This document shows positions 1 to 14,669 of a DNA stretch of 64,000 bases, one piece after another; position 1 is the first letter of the stretch, and every line of letters starts with the position of its first letter. Source of the DNA: Eledone cirrhosa. Its lineage: Eukaryota. Both the position numbers and the translations under genes were made by a program. The stretch covers positions 112,344,001 through 112,408,000 of the forward strand of contig OZ024745.1 in NCBI GenBank assembly GCA_964016885.1, given 5' to 3'. The notes below the pieces were generated by a model, which had not been told where the DNA came from, did not search any database, and saw only the letters and a list, made by a program, of their open reading frames with translations.

Positions 1-397
1 GAAAAGTCTTCTAGGAGCACAGTACGTTTGTTTTATGTTTTGACAAGCTGTTATTAATTTTGCTGTTAATTTGTTGCTGAATAGATCAGAGCCATAAAAG
101 TGATCGATTCCTTTTATTTCTCGCCTTTCAACACCGAATTAGGAAATGAAAACTTATTGAATTCATCATTCAGATATTTAAAAAAATGGCGTCGTCGTAG
201 TCGTCCAATCGAACAAGCCAGCAAAGCAAGAAAGTAATAGATTATTTAAAGAGCAAAAATGTTTCGATCGCACAAAACCATCACTCTTCCAGCACTGAGT
301 TTTAACGGTTTACTACACTTCCTCACAATCATCACTGCAATTGGCAGTAGTAATAACAACAGCAGCAGAATCATTATAATTATTATCATCATCAGAA

Positions 398-613
398 GGG
401 CGGTGGATTGACAGAATCGGTAGAGCGTCGGATACCATGCTACGTGGCATAGAGTTACGGCCCTTTACGTTTTGAGTCCAAATCTCGCCGAGGTTAGCTA
501 TGCCTTTCATCCTTACGGGTTCGATAAAATAAAGCACCAGTAATGCACTGGAGTCGATTTAATAGATTTTTCCCTTCCCCCAAAATTGCTGACCTTGTGC
601 CTAAAGTAGAAAC
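398..613 (+). mobile_element. tRNA-derived SINE family 1, long form
   Basis: A-box-like TGACAGAATCGGTA, B-box-like GAGTCCAAATC, central GCCTTTCATCCTTACGGGTTCGATAAAATAAAG (resembles the MetaSINE core, from memory), 3' end CCTTGTGCCTAAAGTAGAAAC; more than 25 copies in the window. Confidence 0.85.
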
Positions 614-1100
614 AACTATTATCATCATCATCATCATCATCAGAAATAACAAGAACCCACTTCTAACCCCCCCATCAGCTCAAATCACAAAAGCTACTAC
701 CAAGTAGTATGTGTTGCCAATTGGTGATAGAAATGGATATATTTTGATTTTATTAGACTACATAAGTAAAACACATCGGAGGCTGCAGTATACCTGTCGA
801 ATGCTGCGGCGAAAGTCGAGGAAAGCAAGCTACAACAAGCGACGCTACCGACGCAATGGCGCTATATATAAATCTGTGAACCAATGGTGATGGAAGCAAC
901 AGGTGTTGCTGTTTAATTCATGAAGATTTTTATCAATACCATCGAAGCCAAGATAGTCGAAGCTACGAGTGAAGTCGCCTGTGGATTGGTTTAGCAATCA
1001 TTCTTAGTAATGTTTTCTGAGTTAGTTGCAGCTGGCTGGAGAGAAAGAATAATGGTTTCTGATTTAGACATAATTTGGAGGAGGGTAAAGTCGACTAGAT

Positions 1101-1323
1101 GTAGTGGTGCTGGTGGTGATAGTGGTAGTGCTAGTGGCTTTAACGGTGGTAGGGATGTTGAAGGCGGTGACCACAGATGTTTTGGTAGCTGTAGTGGTAG
1201 TGGTGGTGATAGTGGTAGTGCTAGTGGCTTTAACGGTGGTAGGGATGTTGAAGGCGGTGACCACAGATGTTTTGGTAGCAGTAGTGGTAGTGGGGCTGGT
1301 GGTGATAGTGGTAGTGCTAGTGG
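1101..1323. repeat. About 2.3 copies of a 90-96 bp tandem repeat, Thr-rich when read on the minus strand
   Basis: TGGTGGTGATAGTGGTAGTGCTAGTGG recurs at 1111, 1201 and 1297. Confidence 0.85.
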
Positions 1324-1390
1324 TATTATAGATGTTGGCGAAGTTGCTTTCGTTAGCGGATTTGTTTTCTACAATTATAGAATTAATAAT

Positions 1391-1568
1391 TGTTTCTACT
1401 TTTGACACAAGGCCAGCAATTATCCCAGTGTATTACTGGTACTTTATTTCATCGACCCCGTAAGGATGAAAGGCAAAGTTAACCTCGGCGGGATTTGAAC
1501 TCAGGCCATAAAGGACCGTAACTCTTTGCTACAAAGCATGGCGTCTGACCCTCTACCGACACTGTCAA
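1391..1568 (-). mobile_element. SINE family 1, short form
   Basis: Reverse complement of the SINE1 consensus. Confidence 0.85.
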
Positions 1569-1769
1569 TAATAATTGGTTTTAACATAAGCGCGTAGCCA
1601 CAAATGGAATGGTTAGTCAACTCCAGATACTTGATTGGTATTTTATTTTATCGCCCTCGGAAGGATGAAAGACATAAAAAAATACAACTACTAAACTTTC
1701 CCAGAAAAACACCATTACATGTCAGCTTCCTTAAGCAAATGTTGCACGCAACTGGAACCTTCGCTATCG

Positions 1770-2290
1770 CTGTAAATTGTAAATGATAGGCCTCACAGTT
1801 ACCGAGGAATTCTCATGGCGAGTACACACCTCTAATACAGTTAGCACTGCCTACCAAAGACTTGCACTTCTCTTCAGGGAAATACTTCATCCACCAACGA
1901 TTTATAGCTCTCTAAAAAGGTCAGGTGAAACCCACAATGGAGTTCTGCTCCAACATCTGGGATAGTGCTGCCTCTACCCACGCTGACATCCAGATAAAAG
2001 TAATGTCATTCGATTTGTTAAAAGAAAGTCACTCGCACGCACTCTCCCGCCGTTGGCCCACAGACTGTTGTCTCTTCCTTCTTCTCCTTCAAGCTCTATT
2101 ACGATGGCCTCTTCTCTTTGGAGCTTGCCAGTCCTTTGTCACCTCCACTCAGACACTTCCGACTCGCTCGTCTCTCTTCCACTCATCATCCATGTTGTTT
2201 CCAAACCTTAAGCACACACTACACACCAAAGTTAAGTCCTTCCTATTCAAAACGTTGGTTCTCTTTCAAATATTCCTTTGAAATATTCCT
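1770..2290 (+). pseudogene. Degraded LINE (CR1/Jockey/I superclade), RT C-terminal fragment
   Basis: Frames read IGLTVTEEFSWRVH...AYQRLALL and QVKPTMEFCSNIWDSA, matching the LG..F..W..H and VRP.MEYCS.IW motifs; frameshifted. Confidence 0.6.
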
Positions 2291-2864
2291 TTAAAACATT
2301 CTTCTAGGTCATGCAAAAAAAAAAAAAATAATGATAATAATTGTTTCTACTTTTGGCACAAGGCCAGCAATTACATTACTGGTACTTTATTTTATCGACC
2401 CCGTAAGGATGAAATGCAAAGTTAATCTCGGCGGGATTTGAGGTTAACTTTGCCTTTCATCCTTGCGGGGTAGTTCAGTTTAAATAATAATTTCTAACAC
2501 TGGGCACAGTGTGTGAGAAATGATTGGAGTGGGGGAAGATATAGTCAATTAAATCCATCATAGTATACAACTAGTATACAACTAGTAATTATTTTATGAA
2601 CCCCAGAAGGATCAAATGTACAATCGACTTTAGTTTTGGTATTTAGAATGTAAATGTTTATGATGAAATATCATTAAAAAAGCCCATTGAAAACGGTGCT
2701 CCAGCTTGGCTTCAGTCAAATGACTGAAACCAGTAAAGAAGTAAAAGAATAAAAAGAATGATATGAATATTTTAGTGCATATGTTTGAGATATATGGCGA
2801 ACAGACTATATTGTAGACTGTGTACGTCATAGATTTATAACATTATCATTATAATTGTATCGTG

Positions 2865-2942
2865 TATACACACACACACACACACACACATACACAGATA
2901 TACACACACATATACACACACACACACATACACACACACACA

Positions 2943-2983
<41 letters not shown>

Positions 2984-3082
2984 GACACAACACACACACA
3001 TATACACACACACACATATACACACACACATACACTCACACACACATACACACACACACACACACAACACACAACACACACA

Positions 3083-3113
<31 letters not shown>

Positions 3114-3210
3114 CACACACACACACACATACAGACACACACACACACACACACATAACACACGCACCACACACACACACACATACACACACACACACAC
3201 ACACACAAGT

Positions 3211-3250
<40 letters not shown>

Positions 3251-3253
3251 AGT

Positions 3254-3311
<58 letters not shown>

Positions 3312-3386
3312 TACGCTCTCACACACACACACACACATATACACACATACACACATATATACACACATACACTCTCTCACACACAC

Positions 3387-3424
<38 letters not shown>

Positions 3425-3470
3425 ACACACACACACATATATGTGTATATATATATGTATATATATATAT
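2865..3470. repeat. Imperfect (CA)n microsatellite
   Basis: Direct reading. Confidence 0.95.
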
Positions 3471-3526
3471 TTCGTTTCTGAATTTGTTTAGCAAGATTCT
3501 TTATCTGAAAACGTGTGTTGAAACCG

Positions 3527-3951
3527 ATATTGTTATACTTTGGGAGGGTCATGTTGCCAATAAGAAACACCCGCACCAGTTGCTTTCACTTCAATTTAAG
3601 AATTTATAAATTACCGGTTGGTTGGTTGGTTCCACAACCGGACGGTCGTTCATATATTGTCAAAATTCTTTCGACACACATTCTATGACAACTTCAGTGA
3701 CTGGGGATTCTTTTCTTTGTTTTGTACCTCTCCTTTGTTCTGTCCTACGCCATCTTGTTTTTGTGTGTGTCACTGAAAAGGTCACAGAATGTGTGACGAA
3801 AGAACTTTGACAATACACGAACGACCGTCCGGTTGTGGAACCAACCAACCAACCGGAAATATTTATAAATTCTTAAATTTATAAATTTAATTTATAATAA
3901 ATTGGAGTGAAAGCAACTGGTGCATGAGTTTCTTATTGGCAACATGAGTAT

Positions 3952-3960
<9 letters not shown>
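3527..3960. mobile_element. Inverted pair of PLE-type terminal repeats, each with a degenerate hammerhead (3658-3701 minus, 3768-3812 plus)
   Basis: Arms 3527-3701 and 3768-3960 are reverse complements. Plus arm reads tgtca CTGAAAA g gtcaca-gaatg-tgtgac GAAA gaac TT tgaca. Related to 14372-14610. Confidence 0.65.
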
Positions 3961-4004
<44 letters not shown>

Positions 4005-4009
4005 GGAGT

Positions 4010-4219
4010 CGATCGACTTTCGTCAAATCGGACCGAGGAAACAATGTTTTCGTCGGTCTTTCCAGTTGCTAATGCTATCTATCGGTCGCAACTCCAGGTA
4101 GAAGGAGCAACGTGAAATAAAGTGTCTTGCTGAAGGACATAACGCATCGCCCGGTCCAGGAATCGAACTCACAATCTCAAGATTGTGAATCCAATTCCCT
4201 AACCACTCAGCCACACGCC
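4010..4219 (-). mobile_element. tRNA-derived SINE family 2
   Basis: Minus strand GGCGTGTGGCTGAGTGGTTAG...GAGTTCGATTCC (A and B boxes); near-identical copy at 33756-33964. Confidence 0.85.
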
Positions 4220-4332
4220 TATATATATATATTATAACCCAAAAGTATGTTTGTGATAAATTAATGGTGAATAATATATATACATATATATACATATATT
4301 CGTACATACATACATACAAAATATATCTAAGC

Positions 4333-4364
<32 letters not shown>

Positions 4365-4687
4365 ATATATGTATGTATTTATGTATACGTGTGCATAAGT
4401 GTGTGTGTGTCTATGTGCGTGTGTGTCTTCACCAATTCCCCAAGGAATTTTTTTCTAATTGATGGCAGTTTTGTTTCATTAGAGAATAGAATATTTTGGC
4501 AGGTATTTTTTCTTTCGAGGAGAGGATGGGTTGTTTTTGTTCCAATTGTGATTATTTAAATAAGTACGTCTGGTTCTATAAAGACTGTCGCCGACATTTT
4601 CTATTAAATGTTTTTATATTAGAAATTACATTTGTTGATGCTGTTGTTGATGTTGCTGTTGTTTTTTTATATTATTATTATTATTAA

Positions 4688-4721
<34 letters not shown>

Positions 4722-4726
4722 GTTGT

Positions 4727-4838
4727 TATTCCTTGAATCTCAGTCATTGATGTTGGTTAACTGGAAAGTCCGTTGGATTGAATATCAAGCCACTACCTGC
4801 AGCCTCAGATATTCAGGACGTATCGGAGGGTTCTTGCT
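4727..4838 (-). mobile_element. Very short 3' end of an R4/Dong-like LINE in (TTA)n
   Basis: Homologous to 5063-5165 and flanked on both sides by (TTA)n. Confidence 0.75.
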
Positions 4839-4890
<52 letters not shown>

Positions 4891-4891
<1 letters not shown>

Positions 4892-5033
4892 GGGGAATTT
4901 TTCATTGTTATTTTTTTGTTACATCCTCTGTTTTTGTTTTTTACACGCAGAAATGCCCATTTGTACCGTCCTGCATTGTCCTGCACTGTCCTTAATGTCT
5001 ACTTTATGTAAACCCTTGTGGTTAATAAAGAAA

Positions 5034-5034
<1 letters not shown>
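4891..5034 (+). mobile_element. 3' terminus of an L1/Tx1-like LINE
   Basis: Near-identical to the reverse complement of 63581-63735, which continues into L1-type ORF2; ends AATAAAGAAAT followed by (ATT)n. Confidence 0.75.
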
Positions 5035-5062
<28 letters not shown>

Positions 5063-5066
<4 letters not shown>

Positions 5067-5552
5067 TTCGAGTCTCAGTCATTAACTGGAAAGTTTGTTG
5101 AAATAAATATCAAGCCACTACCTGCAGCCTCAGATAATCAGGACGTATCGGAGGGTTCTTGCTGTTCCCAGCAAGCATGCCTTTTGAAGCGTTCCAAAAA
5201 GCGCGAAGGGGCCAATTTTCTTTAACCATCCCTGGAAACTTTTTGAGATAGTCCCTAGTGCGCCTATGTCATTCGGGACCACTTTGACTTCATGGCAGTT
5301 CCAAATCCTTTTTACCTCCCACTTTAAATCCTGGTATCGGTTAATTTTCTCTCTCTCCTTCTCTTGCACTCTCGTGTCGAATGGGAAGGCCACATCCACA
5401 ATCAGGCACAATCTTTTTCCCTCGTCCAAAACCACCAGGTCAGGTCTATATTGTGGTCCAGTTTCTTGTCCGTCTGTATCCTAAAATCCCACAGCACCTT
5501 CACCTGATCGTTTTCTATCACCGACTCTGGCTTATGCTCATACCACTTCTCA
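5063..5552 (-). pseudogene. 5'-truncated R4/Dong-clade LINE, restriction-like endonuclease domain
   Basis: KWYEHKPESV..VLWDF; CLIVDVAFPFD..KEREKINRYQDL..VKVVP..IGALG..LQKACLLGTA; flanked by (TTA)n. Confidence 0.85.
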
Positions 5553-5594
<42 letters not shown>

Positions 5595-5780
5595 GGCGGT
5601 GGATTGGCAGTATCGGTAGAGGGTCGGACACCATGCTTTGACTCATAGAGTTACGACCCTTGCCATTCTGAGTTCAAATCCCGCCGAGGTTAACTTTGCC
5701 TTTCATCCTTACGGGGTCGATAAAATATGTACCAGTAATGCGCTGGGTAATTGCTGGCCTTGTGCCAAAAAGTAGAAACA
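5595..5780 (+). mobile_element. SINE family 1, short form
   Basis: Full-length copy inside (TTA)n. Confidence 0.9.
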
Positions 5781-6914
5781 ATTATTATTATTATTATTGT
5801 TGTTGTTGATTCTGTTGTTTACTTCAGATATCTTATCACTGTGACTCCAGTAAGTTCCTTGTTTTCATTATTTACAACATGTCATTGCTACATTCATTTT
5901 TTTGGTCATATTCTTGTTAATAAAGTGCCCAATTCTGCATTATGAAAATGGTGTGTTTAAAATTCGACTCTTCAGAAAATAAAATTTTTTTTTCGAATAC
6001 AAATATAACCCATATTATAAATAAATGCCTTGTGGATCCGTAAAACGGAACAACCAGATATCCACTGAATGGAACAGCCAGCGGTCAACTGCAGTTCACA
6101 CCACCACCATAATCACAAAAATAAGTGAAACACAAAGAGTTAATAACAATACTAGCAACAGCGAAAAAAGTAACATCGATATTTGTACTTTGAGCCCAAA
6201 GGAAAACATTTTCTTTGAGGAATATTTAGTAGAGTACTACCATCGTCGCTACCACCGGCACCATCTCGGTCACCACCCCATCTACAACCCCCAGCATGAC
6301 AACAAGAATTATCGCTGGAGGTAACAACAATATTAAAGGCGACAGAAAGAACCACACACATACACACTAAAAAAAAGCAGCAAGCGAATACAGTGGTAAC
6401 TTCAACCAGTAGTTTTGGCGTGCCAAGACTACTTTAAATAATACTAATAAAAACAATAGCAATATCGATGACAGAAGCAACAAGAACCACAACACCAAAA
6501 CAAAACCATGAACAAAAACAAAAGTGACAACGGCATCTGCAACGAAAGAAACCTCAACGACGGGAACTAAACCTTCACTACAGAAAATATTGACAACACC
6601 AACAGCAGCAACCAGGAAAATAACAAAAGAAATAGAAACAGCTACACTTTCGCATCTGCAGCAACACAAGCAGTAGAACTCTTTAATGAGTCCCTGCTCA
6701 ACAAGAACTCCTGTCTGGAACAAGCGGCCAAATTGATCAAAGTGGAGGGGAGAAAGACCCAATAACTAATTACATCAGAGTTGTGGGCAGCAGCTTCTAG
6801 AAAAACGAAAGTGTAATATCGCGTGTCTGTAAAAATCCATTGCCCAGAAGCAACACCACAGGCCCAAATTAAAAAGGCTGTGAGGGAAATGTGGCTTGAC
6901 ATTGAATTAAGATC

Positions 6915-8560
6915 TTATCATTTTCTTCATTGTATTTTACTTGCTACCTCCAAAACACCCTCATACTTATATCCCTCTTTGATGTCAATCTCCTTTGATG
7001 TCACCTCACTCGTTGGTACCTTGATTCCTTTGCTTCTCTTCAATTTATCTCTCCTCATCACTAGGACTCCACACTTATTAACACCAAATTCCATACATAT
7101 ATCATTGCTGAAAATACGAACAGTGTCATCAAGTACATCCAACTCCTTCTCGCTCTTCCTGAAGAGTTTTAGGTCGTCCATGAAGAGGAGGTGATTAATG
7201 GTAAATTCTCTTCTTCCCAGTTGGTATCCTGCCTTCACTCTTCGCAATACGTGGGACAAGGGTATGAGGGTAAGGAAAACAATAAAATAGACAGACTATC
7301 TCCCTGGAAGATACTTCTCTTGAATTTTACTCCTCCTAAGGATCCCCCCCTCCCCCTGGTGTTAAGGGTTTGAACTGAGATACTCAGATTAGGTTATTGG
7401 TGTGCTTGTTCATTAGTCTCAAACCACTCTGTCCGACTAGTATGCTCAATACCCCGCTCCTAAATCCCTCTCCAATATGTGTTGGGCTGTTCAGCCTCAG
7501 GGATAGTATCGTTGCCTCTTTCTTTCTCTTCAAGCTGTTCAATTAATACCTGGTTGTTGTCGAACATGCGGTTTTGTTTATACTAGCTAACTCTGTTCTC
7601 ATATATTTGGATTTTCGCACTTTTCACTATGACACGTTATTTTAGTTCTTCTATTACAACATTTAGACCTTTTCTCTTTGTGTTGTATTTCAATCTATCC
7701 TTAACGTCTATGGTTTGTAATGTCCTGTTTAATAAAGACTCAAGTTTCCCGATGCCCTTTCTTATTTCCTTGATTTGATCATTCAACTGTCTCTTCCACC
7801 AAAAGTTTGTCCTTTCTCGCCCGTTTTCCCTCGTTTTGACACCAAACAATTTTTCCACCATATTTGCAGCTGCTCTGAGGATGTTGTTGCATTGATGAAG
7901 ATTCTTTACCTCAAAGTACGGGACGAACCTGTTTACCTTAACAGTCGATTCTTTTAACTTTTTTTTCTGTCTACAAATCTTAGATTCATAGGTTTTCCAC
8001 TATTATTATCCACTTCATCTACCATTAATTCCGAGTATCAACAAAAACTTACCCTAGTAAGTATCTTTACTCCACATGTTATTTATCATATCATTTATCA
8101 TTATCTTTTTCAGTTACTTTCTCAGGTCTCCCAACCACTTCATCAGCATTTTTTACAGGCTCATTTGCCTAATCTACTCCATTTTCCATTTCCGACTTAA
8201 TCTCTCTATTCAGTTCCTCCAATTCCAACTCGCTTATCCATCCATTAGTTCTCATTACACAAGCCTGACCCGCTAGCTTTTGTTCACCTAATTCAAATAG
8301 ACCAATATTTTTCAAGATTTTATGCATTCGTTGCCCATAACTTTTCTTGGTGAGATCAGTTTACAGATAACATTTCATAACAGTTTTATTCAATTCCTTC
8401 TCCCAGATGGTTCTTGCCTCATTCCTTCTTCTTTCTCCGACAACAACAGTAGATGACAACTGGGTCCCTGCTGCTGGATCAAGGATCACACGTCGGGTAA
8501 GAGCCCTTCACATAAAGTTCCATCATCCTTTACCCGTTATTTGAACTATTTAGTATCGCC
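6915..8560 (-). pseudogene. R4/Dong-clade LINE, N-terminal region plus RT, internally deleted
   Basis: IFQGDSLS, INHLLFMDDLKLF, FGVNKC and YKYEG motifs; multiple stops and frameshifts. Confidence 0.85.
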
Positions 8561-8731
8561 ATTATTGTTGTTGTTGGTGGTGGTGTTGAGTTCAAGTCGC
8601 ACTGAGGTCGATAAAATAAAGTATCAGTCACGCACTGGGGTCGATTTAATCGACTTTTCCTTTCCCTTCAAATTGTTGGCCTTGTGCCAAATGTAGAAAC
8701 AGTTACTATAGTTGTTGTTGCTGTTATATTA

Positions 8732-9343
8732 TCTATATATCTAAAACAGAGAATGTCTGTCTGTCTGACTCCCTAAAGCTCGAGAACCACCCAACCGATT
8801 GTTTTCAAACTTTACACATGTAATACTTATGGTCCTGTGAGTGTTTTAAGCAAAAGCAATTTCAAATTTTTAATGACCTAGGGACCGCATTAGGCGATTT
8901 AGCGATCTCTCTCTCTAATTCTTAGTCTTTCTTTTTAGATAGATACATAGCTATAACGTCGCGCCCTTATAATATCTGTCTGTATGTCTGGCTGTCTGCA
9001 TTACGACATTATGACGCTATCTGTGTGTGTGTGTGTGTGTGTGTATATATAGTGTGTAACGTTTTTCGAAATATTTACTTCTGCGTTCACAGATTGATTT
9101 TTTTTAGTTTCAGAAGATCCCGTTAAGGGTGAAAGCAGCGATTCTTTGCTTAAACTTTAATCTGTTATTTTAATATATATATATATATATATAATTATAT
9201 ATTCGTGTACAGATATTTTTGCATACACAATAACAAAATATAAACAAACGTATTTATTTCACGAGGCTCGATAAGGATAAATATATATCAAATATATAAG
9301 AACCCTAGAGCAAATCTCGAGCAACGCCGTGCCATTCTGATAG
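8732..9343 (+). mobile_element. Non-autonomous Helitron-like element
   Basis: 5' TCTATATAT start, (CTGT)n near the 5' end, 3' GCAACGCCG..CTGATAG; homologous to 9800-10503 and 43756-44649. Confidence 0.7.
9106..9156 (+). ncRNA. Hammerhead-like motif with a variant core (CAGAAGA), inside the Helitron
   Basis: agttt CAGAAGA tccc-gttaa-gggt GAAA gca-gcgattctt-tgc TT aaact; further copies at 10437-10487, 39056-39106 and about 53304-53347. Confidence 0.6.
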
Positions 9344-9799
9344 TTATTAATAAAAAAAACTTATGTTATTAATGTATATCTATAGTTGTAATTTTTGTTG
9401 TGGTTATAATGTTATTTTCGTTAATAATATTCGAATGTAAAGAAATCGTGATTATTAATTATTTTTGATATTGTTATTACTGTTTGTTTTTATCTCAGTA
9501 TTATTTTCTGGTTTTTTTTTAATATTTTCACGCAGTAAATTGATTTGCAGACATGGATAGCAACTAAAAAAATAGAGTCCGTATTCAGCCATTAACAACA
9601 ACTAGCAGAAAAACCACCCTTCAGGTGGTTTTCTGCTAGCGTGTCTAGTGTGTATATTGATATTATACGCAGATATATATACATGTAGATATGATACATC
9701 AAATAAAATCGTAATTGACAATATATAATACCTAGAAATTGAACGAAGACTGTGTTACACTGTCTTATTTAATCAGTAACCATGATAAAAAAGACGATA

Positions 9800-10503
9800 T
9801 CTATATTACTAAACCAGAGAATGTCTGTTTGTCTGTTTGTCTGTCTGTCTGTCCAATCACTAAAACTCCAGAACCACCCAACCGAATGTTTTCAAACTTT
9901 ACACATGTAATACTTCTGGTCCCGTGCGTGTTTTCAAGTTTTCAATGCCCTAGGGACTGCATTGGGCGATTTAGCGATCTCTGTCTATAATTCTTAGTCT
10001 TTCTCTTTTTAGATAGACACATAGATATAACTGTTTCTACTTTAGGCACAAGGCCAGCAATTACCCAGTACATTACTTGTACTTTATTTTATCGACCCCG
10101 TAAGGATGAAAGGCAAAGTTAACCTCGGCGGGATTTGAACACGGACTGAAAAGGTAAGTCTGAGTTCAAATCCCGCCGAGGTTAACTTTGATAGATACAT
10201 AGATATAACATCATGGCCTTATAATATCTGTCTGTATGCCTGACTGTCTGCATTACGTCATTATGACGCGATCAGTGTGTGCGTGTATATATGTATATAT
10301 AGTGTGTGTGTGTGTATATATATTCTTATGCCAGGGAACGTTTTCACGAACCAAAATATCGTCTTCCTGTTTTCCTTCGGTTGCAACGTTTTCCGAAATA
10401 TTTACATCTGCGTTCACAGATTAATTTTTTTTTTTTAGTTTCAGAAGATCCCGTTAAGGGTGAAAGCAGCGATTCTTTGCTTAAACTTTAATCTGTCATT
10501 TTA
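9800..10503 (+). mobile_element. Non-autonomous Helitron-like element interrupted by a SINE1 fragment (10031-10190)
   Basis: Colinear with 8732-9175. Confidence 0.7.
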
Positions 10504-12300
<1,797 letters not shown>

Positions 12301-12341
12301 ACTGTTTCTACTTTAGGCATAAGGCCAGCAATTACCCAGTT

Positions 12342-13790
12342 CATATATAACGCCGATGAATTAGTTTTGCGAGGTTTTTGATATGAAATCGTGTGTCGAA
12401 ACAAATGATCAGGTAAGAAAAATGGTCGCACATGCAATAGGAGCTAGTATCAAAACTACCCTAAAGGGCCACATATTCAAGTTCAACGAGGAGATCTACA
12501 CCCAAAATGAGGGAGCAGCCATTCGCGTCAGCATAGCTGGTGACGTTGCCAACCTTTTTATGGTATGGTGAGAAAGAAGACTTAAAGATCTCCTTGATGA
12601 GAGCTCCATAGACCTCATCATGTACTCTCGTTACGTAGACGATATCAATATAGTAATAAGAACATCCCCACAAGAGAGCACTAACAAGTTTGATTTAGAA
12701 CGTAATACAATGGAAAGCATCCAGCAGATAGTTAATTCCATACACCAGAGTATAACTGTAACTATCGACTACCCTACTAAACACCCTAACAATAGACTAC
12801 CTGTATTAGACACGGAACTCTGGATTAACACTATAGACGAGAGAGCCCACATTTTCCACTCACAGTGTGCTAAACCCATGGCCTCCAAATACTTGATACT
12901 CAAAAACTCAGCAATGTCCAGTAGTGCTAAGTTTAATATTCTGATCGCAGACTTGGTACGAGTGATGAAGAACGTGTCCCGCATGTGCGACCCAAATGGA
13001 AAGACACATCCAACACTTCATCAACCGCATGCAGTTCTCTGGCTATAACCAAAGAGACAGAATCAGAGTATACGAAGGAGCCACGGAGAAGTATAAGACC
13101 TTCATAGAACTGGACATGAAAGGAATTTGCCCATTATACAGGAGAAAATCATGGAATAGCTTAGATAGGGCTAGACATAAGATAGGGAAAGCCACCTGAT
13201 GGTACGACAACCAGAGATACCAGAGTGTCATGTTTGTGGACGCTACCCCTGGAGGGAAATTAGCTAACCAGTGTAGAAAGGCCCTGAGAAAGACCCACTT
13301 TAAGATTAAGGTGGTAGAAAAGCCAGGAACCACCATAAAATCCCTGATCAGCAAAACTTACCCTTTTAAGAAAACCCACTGTACTAATAGGAAATGTATC
13401 ATATGTAAACTAAACCCCCGGATAAACTCTAAAACTAGAAACGTAGTCTATAGCATAAGATGTACAGAGGGTACTTGCAGAAACATGACAACAACATACA
13501 TAGGCGAGACAGCTCGTAGCATAGGTGAAAGGATAGACCAACACTGGGGGGAACTAAAAGGACGAAAAAACGGTTCAGTACTATACGAACATGCCAGAAA
13601 ACAACACGACGGTAACATAGACAACATAGAAATTAGAATAATATCTAAACATAGAAATGACCCAACAGATATGCAAATCAGAGGGGCCAGTGAAATAGAA
13701 CTTAGAAAGCCAAGGCTAAACAGAAAAAATGAATGGAATAACAACAACACCCAAACAAACAACACTGACCTAAGACAAGTATAAATAAAT
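12342..13790 (+). pseudogene. 5'-truncated Penelope-like retroelement: RT plus GIY-YIG endonuclease
   Basis: FKFNEEIYTQNEGAAI..VANLFM, YSRYVDDI, LPVLDT, then NVVYSIRC..C..YIGETARSIGERIDQH..E..LN; in-frame stops and a frameshift. Confidence 0.92.
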
Positions 13791-13839
13791 AGATAAATAA
13801 ATAAATACACACACAAGCACAATAACAACAAACACATAA

Positions 13840-13937
<98 letters not shown>

Positions 13938-13938
<1 letters not shown>

Positions 13939-14113
13939 ACAAAGGAATTGTGGATCATAACGCACCAGAGTACTCAATACTTAGTGTAGTAGAGTGGGAA
14001 ATAGGAAAAAGTATGACCCCGACGGAAGAGCTCAAGCCGTTTCGACGGCTATTTCAGTCCAGAAATAGCCGTCGAAACGGCTTGAGCTCTGCCGTCGGGG
14101 TCATACTTTTTTC
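13938..14113 (-). mobile_element. Fold-back mini-insert of PLE terminal family A (3' half of a hammerhead)
   Basis: About 50 bp near-perfect palindrome centred near 14058, plus a one-sided tail; flanked by (TA)n. Confidence 0.75.
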
Positions 14114-14182
14114 TATATATATATATATATATATTATAAAATAACAGGAGGCTGGACTGGTGTAATTCCTTAAAGGTTTATT

Positions 14183-14240
14183 ATACTATGAACATTTCAA
14201 TGACCTGGTTCAGTATGAATCCGGCGACATCTTCAGGTAT
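14183..14240 (-). ncRNA. Type I hammerhead motif with imperfect stem II
   Basis: Minus strand: atac CTGAAGA tgtcgccggattc..gaaccaggtcatt GAAA tg-tt-ca TA gtat, then AATAAA. Confidence 0.65.
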
Positions 14241-14371
14241 TCGAAATTTAACAAAGGAATATAATCCAAGGGGCTGAAAAGGCAGAGAGACAAGAAGGGG
14301 GCCACACATTTAGCAGTTTCTAGTTCGGTCGGCCGCCTTCAAATGTATATACGTTGGTGTATTTCTTATAG

Positions 14372-14605
14372 GAAGGAAACACACGCACCATATAATTTTC
14401 ACTTCATATTTATTGTTCGTTATTCATTTGTTTATTAAAGTTCTTTCATCACATATTGAGGAGGTCAAAGAATGGGTGACGAAAGAACTTCGATAAACAA
14501 ATGTATATCGAACAATAAAGATAAAGTGAAAATTATATGGTGCGTGTGTTTCTTTCCATTGGTAATATAGGCAACATGACCATCCCCAGATATAACAATA
14601 TAACA

Positions 14606-14610
<5 letters not shown>
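14372..14610 (+). mobile_element. Fold-back PLE terminal fragment with a hammerhead remnant at the inversion junction
   Basis: Arms about 14372-14452 and 14476-14555 are inverted; junction reads TGAGGA g gtca..tgac GAAA gaactTC; ends in (TA)n. Confidence 0.6.

Positions 14611-14669
<59 letters not shown>

Noticed and set aside
398-490. tRNA-like A/B boxes in SINE heads
   Set aside because: No complete cloverleaf; part of a SINE rather than a tRNA gene
780-1000. Possible CRE-type endonuclease remnant (PMVMEATGV)
   Set aside because: Too degraded to support
6025-6770. Thr/Asn-rich mucin-like reading
   Set aside because: Frames are interrupted by stops; low-complexity AAC-rich DNA
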